Positions 52,541-61,826 of a stretch of DNA of 64,000 nt are shown here, piece by piece. How positions within the stretch are numbered: the first letter of the stretch is position 1; every line of letters begins with the position of its first letter. The stretch comes from Halobacteriales archaeon QS_1_68_20 (GTDB lineage: Archaea > Halobacteriota > Halobacteria > Halobacteriales > PXRE01), in contig PXRE01000026.1 of the NCBI GenBank assembly GCA_003021085.1, positions 66,559 to 130,558 on the forward strand. Reading direction: 5' to 3'. The notes beneath the pieces are model-generated. The model was not told the origin of the DNA. It searched no databases and saw only the letters and a list, made by a program, of their open reading frames with translations. The translations under genes and the position numbers were made by a program.

Positions 52541-54724
52541 GTGACACTCGCCGACGCCGACCGCGAACTCGTGGTCGAGGAACTGGGCCGCGAACCGACC
52601 CCCGGGGAGGCGGCCCTCTTCGAGAACCTCTGGAGCGAGCACTGCGCGTACCGCTCGTCGCGGCCGCTGCTCTCGGCGTTCGAGAGCCAGGGCGAGCAGG
52701 TCGTCGTCGGACCGGGCGACGACGCCGCCGTCGTCGCCCTCCCGTCGGCCGACGCCGACGATTCGACCTACGTCACCCTGGGCATCGAGAGCCACAACCA
52801 CCCCTCCTACGTCGACCCCTACGACGGGGCGGCCACGGGCGTCGGGGGCATCGTCCGGGACACCCTCTCGATGGGGGCTTACCCAGTCGCGCTCGCGGAC
52901 TGCCTGTACTTCGGTGACTTCGACCGCGAACACTCCCGGTACCTCTTCGAGGGCGTCGTCGAGGGAATCGCCGACTACGGCAACGCCATCGGCGTCCCCA
53001 CGGTCGCCGGGAGCGTCGCCTTCCACCCAGGGTACGAGGGCAACCCCCTCGTGAACGTGGCCTGCGTCGGCCTGCTGGACGAAGACCGGCTGGTCACCGC
53101 CGCGGCCCAGGAACCCGGGAACGCGCTCGTCCTCGTCGGCAACGCGACCGGCCGGGACGGCCTCGGCGGGGCCTCGTTCGCCAGCGAGGACCTCGACGAG
53201 GACGCGGAAACCGAGGACCGGCCGGCCGTCCAGGTCGGCGACCCCTACACCGAGAAGTTGCTGATCGAGGCCAACGAGGAACTGATCGACCGGGACCTGG
53301 TCGTCGCCGCGCGGGACCTCGGGGCCGCGGGCCTGGGCGGCGCGACCACCGAGATGGCCGCCCTCGGGGGACTCGGCGCTCGGGTCGAACTGGACCGGGT
53401 CCACCAGCGCGAACCGAACATGGCCGCCCTCGAAATCCTGCTGGCGGAGTCCCAGGAACGGATGTGCTACGAGGTCAGGCCCGGCGACGTCGACGCCGTC
53501 CGCGAGGTGGCCGAGACGTTCGACCTCGGGTGTTCCGTGATCGGCGAGGTGACCGACGGCGCCCGCTACGTCGCGACCTTCGAGGGGGAGACGGTCGTCG
53601 ACGCCCCCGCGGCGTTCCTCGGCGACGGTGCGCCGACCAACGACCTCGACCGCGAATCGCCCCCAGAACCGGAGCGGGCGCTCCCGGAGGTCGACCTCGG
53701 CGAGGCGTTCGAGGCAGTCGTCGGCAGCCCCAACACCGCCAGCAAGGAGTGGGTATACCGCCAGTACGACCACGAGGTCGGCGCCCGGACCGCGACGAGA
53801 CCGGGCGACGACGCCGCGATCCTGGCGATCCGCGAGGCCGGAGGCGACGGAATCGGTCTCGCCATCTCCGCGGGCGCGGACCCGCGCTGGACCGAGCGTG
53901 CCCCCTACGAGGGTGCCCGCGCCGTGGCCCTGGAGAACGCCACGAACCTGGCAGCGAAGGGGGCGACGCCGCTGGCCGCCGTGGACTGCCTCAACGGGGG
54001 GAATCCCGAGAAGCCCACCGTTTACGACGGCTTCGCCAACGTCGTCCAGGGACTCGCCGACGCCTGCGCCGAACTCGACGTGCCCGTCGTCGGCGGCAAC
54101 GTCTCGCTGTACAACGACTCACCCAGCGGGCCCGTCCCGCCGACGCCGACCGTGGCGATGGTCGGGACGAAACCCGGATACGACGCGCCAGGACTCTCCC
54201 TCGCGGGCGAGGGCGAACTACTCGTCGTCGGTGACTCGACGCTCGACGGCGAAGCCCCCGCTCTGGGCGGATCGGAGTATCTGGCGCAGTTCGGCGGGGC
54301 AGACGCCTTCCCGGCACTGCGGGAGCACCCCGCGGCCCTCGTGGACGCCGTGGCCGACGTCGCCGCGCTCGACTCGACGTTAGCCGTCCACGACGTCTCC
54401 CACGGTGGCCTCGCGACAACGCTCGCCGAGATGGTCACCGCGGACGCCGGCGCGACGGTCGAGTTGCCAGACGGTGGGTCGTTGTTCCACGAGACGCCCG
54501 GCCGTGCGGTGGTCGAGACCTCCGATCCTGCCGCCCTCCGGTCGGCGGTCGAAACCGCTTTCGACCGCCACGGCGTCGCTTCCGGGGCGGACACTCCGGT
54601 CAGTGAGGTTGGCACCACCACCGGTGACGGTACGCTGGACCTGACCGTGAGGGACGACCGACTCGGGTACGACGCCACTACCATCACGGACCTCCGGGAC
54701 GTCATCGCCCGGGAACTGGCCTGA
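52541..54724 (+). CDS. purL: phosphoribosylformylglycinamidine synthase subunit PurL
   Basis: [38 protein letters not shown]..., with GIESHNHPS and the duplicated AIR-synthase-like domains. The GTG start at 52541 is proposed; the track ORF begins at 52454. Confidence 0.9.
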   Translation: MTLADADRELVVEELGREPTPGEAALFENLWSEHCAYRSSRPLLSAFESQGEQVVVGPGDDAAVVALPSADADDSTYVTLGIESHNHPSYVDPYDGAATGVGGIVRDTLSMGAYPVALADCLYFGDFDREHSRYLFEGVVEGIADYGNAIGVPTVAGSVAFHPGYEGNPLVNVACVGLLDEDRLVTAAAQEPGNALVLVGNATGRDGLGGASFASEDLDEDAETEDRPAVQVGDPYTEKLLIEANEELIDRDLVVAARDLGAAGLGGATTEMAALGGLGARVELDRVHQREPNMAALEILLAESQERMCYEVRPGDVDAVREVAETFDLGCSVIGEVTDGARYVATFEGETVVDAPAAFLGDGAPTNDLDRESPPEPERALPEVDLGEAFEAVVGSPNTASKEWVYRQYDHEVGARTATRPGDDAAILAIREAGGDGIGLAISAGADPRWTERAPYEGARAVALENATNLAAKGATPLAAVDCLNGGNPEKPTVYDGFANVVQGLADACAELDVPVVGGNVSLYNDSPSGPVPPTPTVAMVGTKPGYDAPGLSLAGEGELLVVGDSTLDGEAPALGGSEYLAQFGGADAFPALREHPAALVDAVADVAALDSTLAVHDVSHGGLATTLAEMVTADAGATVELPDGGSLFHETPGRAVVETSDPAALRSAVETAFDRHGVASGADTPVSEVGTTTGDGTLDLTVRDDRLGYDATTITDLRDVIARELA

Positions 54725-54805
54725 ACCGGAATCGACGTCGACGATGGGGTCGACGCAGTCGGTGACCCGGCGGTCGTCGCGCTGGTCGACGACCGCCCGG
54801 CGGAG

Positions 54806-55168
54806 GTGGATCGGCTCGTCGACCACTTCGACGAGAAGGACGTGAACTACCGCGGTCTCGTCCTCGGCGCCGGCGAGCGGACGGTGGCTCCCCCGGCGTT
54901 CGAGGTCCTCACCGACCCGGTTTCGGGGGAAACGCTGGTCGAAGCCGTGACGGTGGCTTCGCTGTGGGTCCGCTACGACGACCTGATGGACGAGTTCTAC
55001 GCACTCGCCGCCGACCGGGCGACCAGTCCCGGGGACGGCGACATCGACACGCACCTGTCGGACGTTCGGTCCGAGATAGACGAGGTCCTCGGTGAACTGA
55101 CCGACCACGGGATCGACCTCTACGGGGGGCTGTCGGACGATCTGGATCGTGACGACGGCCAGCCCTAG
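54806..55168 (+). CDS. acidic hypothetical protein; true start unclear
   Basis: The protein-like frame is open from the purL stop (..GIDVDDGVDAVGDPAVVALVDDRPAEVDRLVDHFDEKDVNYRG..). The only in-frame start is the GTG at 54806. The ATG at 54744 is one G out of frame. Confidence 0.5.
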   Translation: MDRLVDHFDEKDVNYRGLVLGAGERTVAPPAFEVLTDPVSGETLVEAVTVASLWVRYDDLMDEFYALAADRATSPGDGDIDTHLSDVRSEIDEVLGELTDHGIDLYGGLSDDLDRDDGQP

Positions 55169-56145
55169 AGGTCGACTTCGGTCCCGACGGCGCTCTCTCG
55201 GGCCGAGACGTAGACGTGTTCCGCCGTCGCGGCGTCCAGTACTGCGGTACCGACGCTCTCGACCACGACGATTTCGTCGTCGGTCTCCCGGCCTGATTCC
55301 CCCGTCACGACCGCCGAGAACGGGATCAGGTCCGACGTGGTTAGATCGGCGGCGACGGCGTCGCCCACGTCGACGACCTCCCCGGGTGCGTCGGCGAAGA
55401 CGCGAGCGGCCCGTTCGAACGTCGTCGGGTCGAGTTCCTGCATCTCCGCGGTGTAGGCACCGACGGCGATCACCACGGTTCCTGGATCGAGTACCTCGCC
55501 GGGGAACACCGGGTCGGTGGCCGTCGTCGCCGTCACGACGACGTTCGCACCGTCGACGGCGTCTCCGGGGGACTCGACGGCTTCGGCGTCGATGCCCTCC
55601 TCGCGGAGCTCGGCGGCGCAAGTCACTTTCGAGTCGCTGGGCGAGTACACCCTGACGGAATCGAGATCCGTAGCAGCGGCGATTGCCCGGGTCTGCCAGC
55701 GGGCCTGCGTCCCCGCGCCGAGGACGCCGAGGGTAACCGGCCCAGTGGCGAGTTCGCGCGCGGCCAGGCCACCGATGCATCCCGTCCGTGCGTTGGTGAT
55801 CCTGGTGCCCGCCACGTACGCGGCGGGCAGTCCCGTCTCCGCCTCGGTCAGTGCGATCTGGGCGTTGACGGTCGGCAGTCCGCGCTCGGCGTTGCCCTCG
55901 TGGACGCCCACGAGTTTGGTCGCGTAGTAGTCGCTCCCGTGGACGTACGCCGGCATCACCAGCCCCGTCCCGAGCGGTTCGTCGGGCGCGTCGGGGTCGA
56001 GGCCGGTCCCGACCGGGAAGTGCGGGCGCTCCGGTCGCTCTACCTCGCCCGCGCCCTGCTTGCGGAACGCTTCCGCGACGACGTCCAGTAGCGACGAGAG
56101 GTCCAGCACGCTCGCCACGTCGTCGTCCGAGAGGACCCGTGCCAT
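55165..56145 (-). CDS. ornithine cyclodeaminase / mu-crystallin family protein
   Basis: MARVLSDDDVASVLDLSSLLDVVAEAFRKQGAGEVERPERPHF..., Rossmann GVLGAGTQARWQ. Confidence 0.85.
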   Translation of the reverse strand: MARVLSDDDVASVLDLSSLLDVVAEAFRKQGAGEVERPERPHFPVGTGLDPDAPDEPLGTGLVMPAYVHGSDYYATKLVGVHEGNAERGLPTVNAQIALTEAETGLPAAYVAGTRITNARTGCIGGLAARELATGPVTLGVLGAGTQARWQTRAIAAATDLDSVRVYSPSDSKVTCAAELREEGIDAEAVESPGDAVDGANVVVTATTATDPVFPGEVLDPGTVVIAVGAYTAEMQELDPTTFERAARVFADAPGEVVDVGDAVAADLTTSDLIPFSAVVTGESGRETDDEIVVVESVGTAVLDAATAEHVYVSARESAVGTEVDL

Positions 56146-56410
56146 ATCCCCCGGTTCGGCCGGGGTCGAATTAAGCGTTCGTCAGGGGAAGGCTGGACTG
56201 AGCTGGCGGAATCAGCCGCTCGACGGATAGCGAACAGACGGCACGTTCCCCTCGCGCGGCGACGTGCCGTACAATCGCGGACGCCGCGCGGTGACTCGTC
56301 AGCGCACGGCGACGGTGGTCCCGGTCTGGTACTTGAACCTTCGGCCGGGCGGATGGTTCGGCGGGTCGAGTGTGCCCGGGGAGTGCTATGGCGGGTGCTC
56401 GGCGGTCGGG

Positions 56411-56416
56411 TTTAAC
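56411..56416 (+). promoter_or_regulatory. TATA-like box upstream of the FAD oxidoreductase
   Basis: TTTAAC lies 25-30 nt upstream of the ATG at 56441. Confidence 0.35.
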
Positions 56417-56440
56417 CCCCGTGCCTCCCAACGGCCGGGC

Positions 56441-57601
56441 ATGAAGACCGTGGTCGTGGGGGGCGGCATCGTCGGGATGGCGAGCGCGTACTACCTCGCG
56501 GAGCGGGGCGTCGAGGTCGTGGTCTGCGAGAAGTCGACGGTCGGCGCCGGGAGTACCGAACGGTCGGCGGGCGGCATCCGCACGCAGTTCAGCACGCCGG
56601 TCAACGTCGAACTCTCGAAAGCGAGCATCGAGGTCTGGGAGTCCTTCGAGGCCGAGTTCGGCGTCGACGTCGAGTACCGGCGACCGGGGTACCTCTTTCT
56701 CGCCCGCGAGGCGGTGACGGCCGAACAGTTCGAGGCGAACGTCGCCATGCAGAACGACCTCGGGGTCGACAGCGAGTTCCTCGACCCTGTGGCGGCCCGC
56801 GAGCACTGCCCGGGCCTGGATCCATCGCAGTTCGTCGGCGCGACCTACTGCGCGACCGACGGCTTCGCGGACCCGCACCTGGCGCTAGAGGGGTTCAAGC
56901 GCGCGGCGGTCGATGCGGGCGTCGACCTCCGGACGGGAACCACCGTGACCGACGTCCTCGTGGACGACGCGGAGGGCGAACCGTCGGTCACGGGCGTCGA
57001 GACGGACGCGGGACCGGTGGAGGCGGACTACGTCGTCAACGCGGCCGGCCCGTGGGCGAGACGGGTCTCCCGGATGGCGGGCGTCGACCTGCCAATCGCG
57101 CCGAAACGCCGCCAGATTGCGGTGGTAAACCCCTCGAATCCGGTACCCGAGGACGTCCCGTTGACTATCGACCTCGACACGGGGTCGTACTTCCGGCCCG
57201 AGCCGCACGGCGCCGCGCTCGTCGGCGGCCACTTCGGGGGGCCGGACCCCGACCGGGACCCCGACGGGTTCCGGCAGGCGATGGATGTCGACTGGGCGGC
57301 CGACGCCGTCGAGCGCGCCGGCGAGTGGACCACCTACTTCGGTCTGGACTCGCGAATCCGCAACGGGTGGGCTGGCCTGTACGCCGTGACGCCGGACCAC
57401 CACCCAGTGGTCGAGGAGACGATACCAGGGTTGATCGCCGCGGCGGGCTTTTCCGGCCACGGCTTCCAGCACGCACCGGCCACGGGGCAGGTCGTCGCGG
57501 AACTGGCCGTCGACGGGACTGCGTCGCTGGTCGACGTGTCGCCGCTGTCCAGCGAGCGCTTCGAGTCCGGGGACCTCGCCGACGAGGCGAACGTGGCCTG
57601 A
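56441..57601 (+). CDS. FAD-dependent oxidoreductase (DAO family; sarcosine/glycine oxidase-like)
   Basis: MKTVVVGGGIVGMASAYYLAERGVEVVVCEK...SAGGIR and a C-terminal GFSGHGFQHAPATG. Confidence 0.85.
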   Translation: MKTVVVGGGIVGMASAYYLAERGVEVVVCEKSTVGAGSTERSAGGIRTQFSTPVNVELSKASIEVWESFEAEFGVDVEYRRPGYLFLAREAVTAEQFEANVAMQNDLGVDSEFLDPVAAREHCPGLDPSQFVGATYCATDGFADPHLALEGFKRAAVDAGVDLRTGTTVTDVLVDDAEGEPSVTGVETDAGPVEADYVVNAAGPWARRVSRMAGVDLPIAPKRRQIAVVNPSNPVPEDVPLTIDLDTGSYFRPEPHGAALVGGHFGGPDPDRDPDGFRQAMDVDWAADAVERAGEWTTYFGLDSRIRNGWAGLYAVTPDHHPVVEETIPGLIAAAGFSGHGFQHAPATGQVVAELAVDGTASLVDVSPLSSERFESGDLADEANVA

Positions 57602-58033
57602 TCAGCGCTCGGCGGTCCCGACGACCGTGGACACCCGGGCGTTCTCCTTGATGCGAACGCCGCCCTCCGGAACCGAGAGCGGTACTGCGTCGATGTCCCG
57701 GCAGTGGACCGTGGGATGGAAGGCTCCGCGTCGCCGGAGTTCGCTCCGGGTCCGGACGACGAGGCGGGTTCCTTCCGGCGGCGCGAGCGTCTCGTTGTAC
57801 GACAGGAGGTACTGGCCGCCCGGGAGGTTCCACCAGCCGTAGTCGTCGTCGGGCGACCGCTTTTCCGTCTCCACGGCCGCCGTCTCGGCGGCTTCCAGTT
57901 CGCCGCCGCCGAAGTCGATCCGGCCGGGTTCGACCACCTGTGAGACGGCCTCGACCGTGAGGTCGACGACGCCGTCGTGGACCTGCCTCGGTTCGTGGAC
58001 CAGCCCGTCCACGTAGTCCGCGAGCGCTGTCAT
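57602..58033 (-). CDS. dCTP deaminase/dUTPase-superfamily protein
   Basis: 143 aa, ..GWWNLPGGQYLLSYNETL...RTRSELRRRGAF..., resembling the beta-barrel dUTPase-like fold proteins of haloarchaea. From memory, no search run. Confidence 0.5.
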   Translation of the reverse strand: MTALADYVDGLVHEPRQVHDGVVDLTVEAVSQVVEPGRIDFGGGELEAAETAAVETEKRSPDDDYGWWNLPGGQYLLSYNETLAPPEGTRLVVRTRSELRRRGAFHPTVHCRDIDAVPLSVPEGGVRIKENARVSTVVGTAER

Positions 58034-58153
58034 GGGTGGGGGTACGGCCGTTTCCCGCAAAAAGTTACGTGCGGCCAACGTGCAGGCGACTCGGGCCGCG
58101 AAAGAGCTTTGCGCGTGCTGAACGTTACCACTACTCGCGGACAATCCTCAATC

Positions 58154-58681
58154 ATGAGCGTAATCGCCCGATTCGAGGTCATCCCGGTCCAGGAGGGGAG
58201 CATGTCGACCGCCATCGCGGAGGCCCTGCGCGCGCTGGACCGACACCCCGTCTCCTACCGGACGACCCCGACCGACACGATCATCGAGGCGGACACCGCC
58301 GGCCAGATATTCGCCGCCGTTCGGGACGCCCACCGTGCCATCCCGGACGAGCGCGTCATCACGTCGGTCGAAGTCGACGAGGACCGGCGGCGGCCACAGG
58401 ACATGGGGGAACGGGTGGCCTCCGTCGAGCGGGAACTCGGTCACCCACCGGAGCGTCGCCAGCAACCACCGGCCGGTCGGCCCACGTCGCAAATGGCGCA
58501 GCAGTCGGAACCCACACAGGCCCACCCGTCGCAGTCCAGGTCCGCACCGCGAGGGACACAGCCAACCCAGATACCGGAGTGGGGGATGCCGTCATCCGCG
58601 CGGTCCCGGTCGTCCGGCCCCGGCCCCGGCCCCTTCACGGGGGGTGAACACGCCGAACAGTACAGGCCACGGAATCGGTGA
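58154..58681 (+). CDS. MTH1187/YkoF-family (thiamine-binding-like, DUF77) protein with an atypical P/Q/S-rich tail
   Basis: MSVIARFEVIPVQEGSMSTAIAEALRALDRHPVSYRTTPTDTIIEADTAGQIFAAVRDAHRA... is the family core (~100 aa). The last ~75 aa are basic and low-complexity. Confidence 0.6.
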   Translation: MSVIARFEVIPVQEGSMSTAIAEALRALDRHPVSYRTTPTDTIIEADTAGQIFAAVRDAHRAIPDERVITSVEVDEDRRRPQDMGERVASVERELGHPPERRQQPPAGRPTSQMAQQSEPTQAHPSQSRSAPRGTQPTQIPEWGMPSSARSRSSGPGPGPFTGGEHAEQYRPRNR

Positions 58682-58820
58682 CGGAGACCCGCCAGACGGG
58701 ACCCAGTCCCCGCCTCGTCCCGGCCCCCCACCACCCCGCGTCGACCCGCAACCGCTAGCTGAGGGTCGTCGCCGCTTATTTGATGTCAGGTACAGTAGAT
58801 GACGGTCGAACGGGATTCGG

Positions 58821-59199
58821 ATGGTCGACGGCACGAGCGGACCGGTCGACGGCACGGAGTCGGGGTCGGTAGACGACGACCCGGGACTCGTCGGATCGGG
58901 GAACGCTCGCTGGCCGCTGATCGCTGGCGTCCTCTCCGCAGCGGGATTCGGGGGACTCGGGGTCGCCGTCAAGGGGGCCGAACCCCCGGCGGTCGACACC
59001 GCGGTGACGACCGCGCTCCAGCAGGCGTTCCCTCCCGAGGGTCTGGTCGGGACGGCACTACAGGTCGGACGCCCGGTTCAACCTCTCGACGGTCTACATG
59101 GGCCGTCACTGGCCGACCGACCTCGTCGGTGGGTGGTTGCTCGGCGGGTGCTGGTTGCTCGCGGTGGTCGTCGGCTTCCGGTACGTGACTCGCGGGTGA
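58821..59199 (+). pseudogene. PAP2 (type-2 phosphatidic acid phosphatase) family remnant with an internal deletion
   Basis: An N-terminal membrane segment runs to ..GLVGTALQV. In another frame comes only the third PAP2 motif region, FNLSTVYMGRHWPTDLVGGWLLGGCWLLAVVVGF (SxxxxxxHxxxD). Motifs 1 (KxxxxxxRP) and 2 (PSGH) are missing. Confidence 0.55.
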
Positions 59200-59202
59200 C
59201 GG

Positions 59203-60396
59203 TCACTCGTCGCCGAACGCGTCCCGCGATTCGAGGTCGTCCAGTTCCTCGTCGTCGTAGCCCAGTTCGCTGAACACCTCGCGGGTGTGCTCGCCCAGTT
59301 TCGGGGGCGGCGACTCGAAGCCGCTGTCGGCGTCGTCGAAGTGCAACGGATGTTCGACCGCCGGGACCACGCGGTCGCCTTCCCCGACCTCCGTGACGGC
59401 GCCGCGGGCCTCCGTCTGTTCGTTGTAGAGGGCGTCCTCCACGTCGAAGACGGGGCCGGCGGGGACGCCCGCCTCCTCGACGAGGACGTCCATCCACTCG
59501 TCGGTCGTGCGCTCGGTCAGCGTCGACTCGATTTCCGACGCGAGGGCATCCATGTGCTCCACGCGGTCGGCGTTGGTCTCGAAGCGCTCGTCGACCGCGA
59601 GGTCCGTGCGGTCGACGGCCGCGCAGAACCGCTCGAACAGGCGGTCGTTGAGGCAGGCGACGTTGAGGTAGCCGTCGGCCGTCTCGAACGTCTGGTACGG
59701 GGCCAGCACGGGGTCTCTCGTCCCCATCCGCTCGGGTTCCTCGCCGGCGAAGACCTTGCCCGCCTGCTTGGTTAGCCAGGGGAGGGCCGCCTCCAGCATC
59801 CCGAGGTCGACGTACTCGCCCTCGCCCGTGCGCTCGCGGCGGTACAGCGCCGCGGAGACGCCGAACGCCGCCCACATCGCGGTGATCAGGTCCGTCGCCG
59901 GGAGGCCCACCTTGACCGGCGGGCGGTCGGGTTCGCCGGTGACGCTCATGATGCCGCTCATTCCCTGGACGAGCAGGTCGTAGCCGGGTCGCTGGCTCCA
60001 GGGGCCGGTCTGGCCGAACGCAGAGATGGCGCAGTAGACGATCTCGTCGTTGTGTTCGCGGACTGTCGCCTCGTCGACGCCCAGGCGCTCGGCGGTGCCG
60101 GGGCGGTAGTTCTGGAGGAAGACGTCCGCCTCGGCGGCGAGGTCGTACAGCGCCTCGGTGCCGGCGTCGCTTTTGAGGTTCAACTCGACGCTTCGCTTGT
60201 CGTAGTTGACCGTCCAGAAGTAGGGGGACTCGCCGTCGACGAACGGCGGGCCGGTGTGGCGGATGTCGTCGCCGTAGCCCGGGCGCTCGACCTTGATCAC
60301 GTCCGCGCCCTGGTTGGCCAGCATCAGCGAGCAGAACCCGCCGGTGACGAACGCCGTCAGGTCCACCACGGTCACGTCCTCGAAGATGCCGCTCAT
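59203..60396 (-). CDS. family-III CoA-transferase (CaiB/BaiF)
   Basis: MSGIFEDVTVVDLTAFVTGGFCSLMLANQGADVIKVERPGYGDDIR... is the family signature. ATG at 60396; the track ORF extends spuriously to 61137. Confidence 0.9.
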   Translation of the reverse strand: MSGIFEDVTVVDLTAFVTGGFCSLMLANQGADVIKVERPGYGDDIRHTGPPFVDGESPYFWTVNYDKRSVELNLKSDAGTEALYDLAAEADVFLQNYRPGTAERLGVDEATVREHNDEIVYCAISAFGQTGPWSQRPGYDLLVQGMSGIMSVTGEPDRPPVKVGLPATDLITAMWAAFGVSAALYRRERTGEGEYVDLGMLEAALPWLTKQAGKVFAGEEPERMGTRDPVLAPYQTFETADGYLNVACLNDRLFERFCAAVDRTDLAVDERFETNADRVEHMDALASEIESTLTERTTDEWMDVLVEEAGVPAGPVFDVEDALYNEQTEARGAVTEVGEGDRVVPAVEHPLHFDDADSGFESPPPKLGEHTREVFSELGYDDEELDDLESRDAFGDE

Positions 60397-60485
60397 GTTT
60401 CCCCCGGGGCCGGCCGCCCGCAAAAACCTTCGGCTCGGGGGGCAACGGCCGCAGTCGTTCGCTCTGATTCGACGATCCACCGCCG

Positions 60486-60686
60486 GCGCGCGCTGGTGAG
60501 CGTGTCGCCGCAGGCGACCGCGAACCAACGGCGCGCGAGTCGGCTGGGGAGGCTGGTGGTTTGCCCGAGCTGTGGGTGGGACTGAAAGGGGCCACGCGAG
60601 TCGAGCGCGCGGGGGCTTTCTGGGCGGTGCTGACCAGGCAACCGCCGACAGAGAGCGCGCGGGGGCTTTCTGCGTGTTTCGGACCG
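60486..60686 (+). repeat. intergenic composite repeat, locus E (shortest version)
   Basis: CGGCTGGGGAGGCTGGTGG (60541-60559), GGGTGGGACTGAAAGGGGCCACGCG (60574-60598) fused directly to GAGCGCGCGGGGGCTTTCTG (60603-60622), and a second copy at 60653-60672. Confidence 0.85.
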
Positions 60687-60798
60687 AAACGGATAGTGGG
60701 AAGCGAGAAGCGATTCCGAACGCCGACTCCACTGCCGATCCACCGAACAGCATCCAGTCGGACCCAGGTTTACAATCGGACCACACTAACACCCCACC

Positions 60799-61059
60799 AT
60801 GAACCTCGGGTTGCTGTTGATCGTCGGCATCCCGCTCACCTGGCACCTCGGCCTCGCGGGGTACACCTACTACGACGCGGGCCGGGTCGGGATGCCACGG
60901 GCGAAGTGGACGGCAGTAGCCCTGCTGGTCCCGCTGTTCGGCTTCTTCGCGTACCTGTTCGAGCGAAGCGAGCGCGACTACGACCCCGAGGAGGATCCCT
61001 ACGCAGGCGGCGGGTACAACGTCCACGAGTCTCGCGCCGACGAGGACCGACGGGAGTGA
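60799..61059 (+). CDS. small membrane protein (PLD-nuclease N-terminal-domain-like)
   Basis: 86 aa with two TM helices flanking YYDAGRVGMPRAKW, and an acidic tail. Confidence 0.6.
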   Translation: MNLGLLLIVGIPLTWHLGLAGYTYYDAGRVGMPRAKWTAVALLVPLFGFFAYLFERSERDYDPEEDPYAGGGYNVHESRADEDRRE

Positions 61060-61121
61060 CCCGACCGAGCGGACTGCCGCGACCCGAATGATACTTCGGC
61101 CCAAGCACCCTACGTTCGGGT

Positions 61122-61709
61122 ATGGCCGGAGAATCAATCCAGCAGATCGAACGCGGCGAACCGGCGCTGTCGTTCGAACTCGAAGGGGTCGACGGGGAGA
61201 CGCACACGCTGGCGGACTACAGCGACTACGCGGCGGCGCTGATCGTGTTCACGTGCAACCACTGCCCGTACGCTCAGGCGAAGTTCGACCTCCTGAACGA
61301 CGTCGCCGAGGAGTACGACGACGTGGCGGTGATCGGCATCAATCCCAACGACGCCGAGCAGTACCCCGACGACGACTTCGAGACGATGCGGGAGTGGGTC
61401 GAGGAGGGCCGCGTCCGGTACGACGCCTACCTCCGCGACGACACCCAGGAGATCGCGAAGGCCTACGGCGCGGTCTGCACCCCCGACCCGTTCCTCTTCG
61501 AGAACACGGGCGACGAGTTCCGGCTGGTCTACCACGGCCGCCTGGACGACGCCCTGAACCCCGACGACGAACCCACGGAGTTCTACGTCCGGGACGCCAT
61601 CGACTCGGTGCTGGCCGGCGAGGACGTCGGCCTGGAGTTCATGCCCTCGCGCGGCTGCTCGATCAAGTGGCAACCCGGCAACGAACCCGACTACTGGGAC
61701 GACCTGTAG
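61122..61709 (+). CDS. thioredoxin-fold redoxin family protein
   Basis: FELEGVDGETHTLADY..ALIVFTCNHCPYA has the CxxC motif in an AhpC/TSA-like context. Confidence 0.8.
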   Translation: MAGESIQQIERGEPALSFELEGVDGETHTLADYSDYAAALIVFTCNHCPYAQAKFDLLNDVAEEYDDVAVIGINPNDAEQYPDDDFETMREWVEEGRVRYDAYLRDDTQEIAKAYGAVCTPDPFLFENTGDEFRLVYHGRLDDALNPDDEPTEFYVRDAIDSVLAGEDVGLEFMPSRGCSIKWQPGNEPDYWDDL

Positions 61710-61826
61710 CGTCGACGCACGCGGGAACCCGCACCACGTACGGGAATCGAGGCTCCGGATCACTGCTGGACTGCCGACACCAGCACGCTTTAAGTCGCGC
61801 GGTCCGAGTTTCGGGATAGCGACCAC

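Noticed and set aside
58441-58734. Cys-rich 97-aa minus-strand ORF (..CDGWACVGSDCCAICDVG..) opposite the tail of the MTH1187-like gene
   Set aside because: There is no start context and the remainder is basic and Gly/Arg-rich. It is most likely a shadow frame of GC-rich sequence, though the coding status of the whole 58450-58800 stretch remains uncertain.
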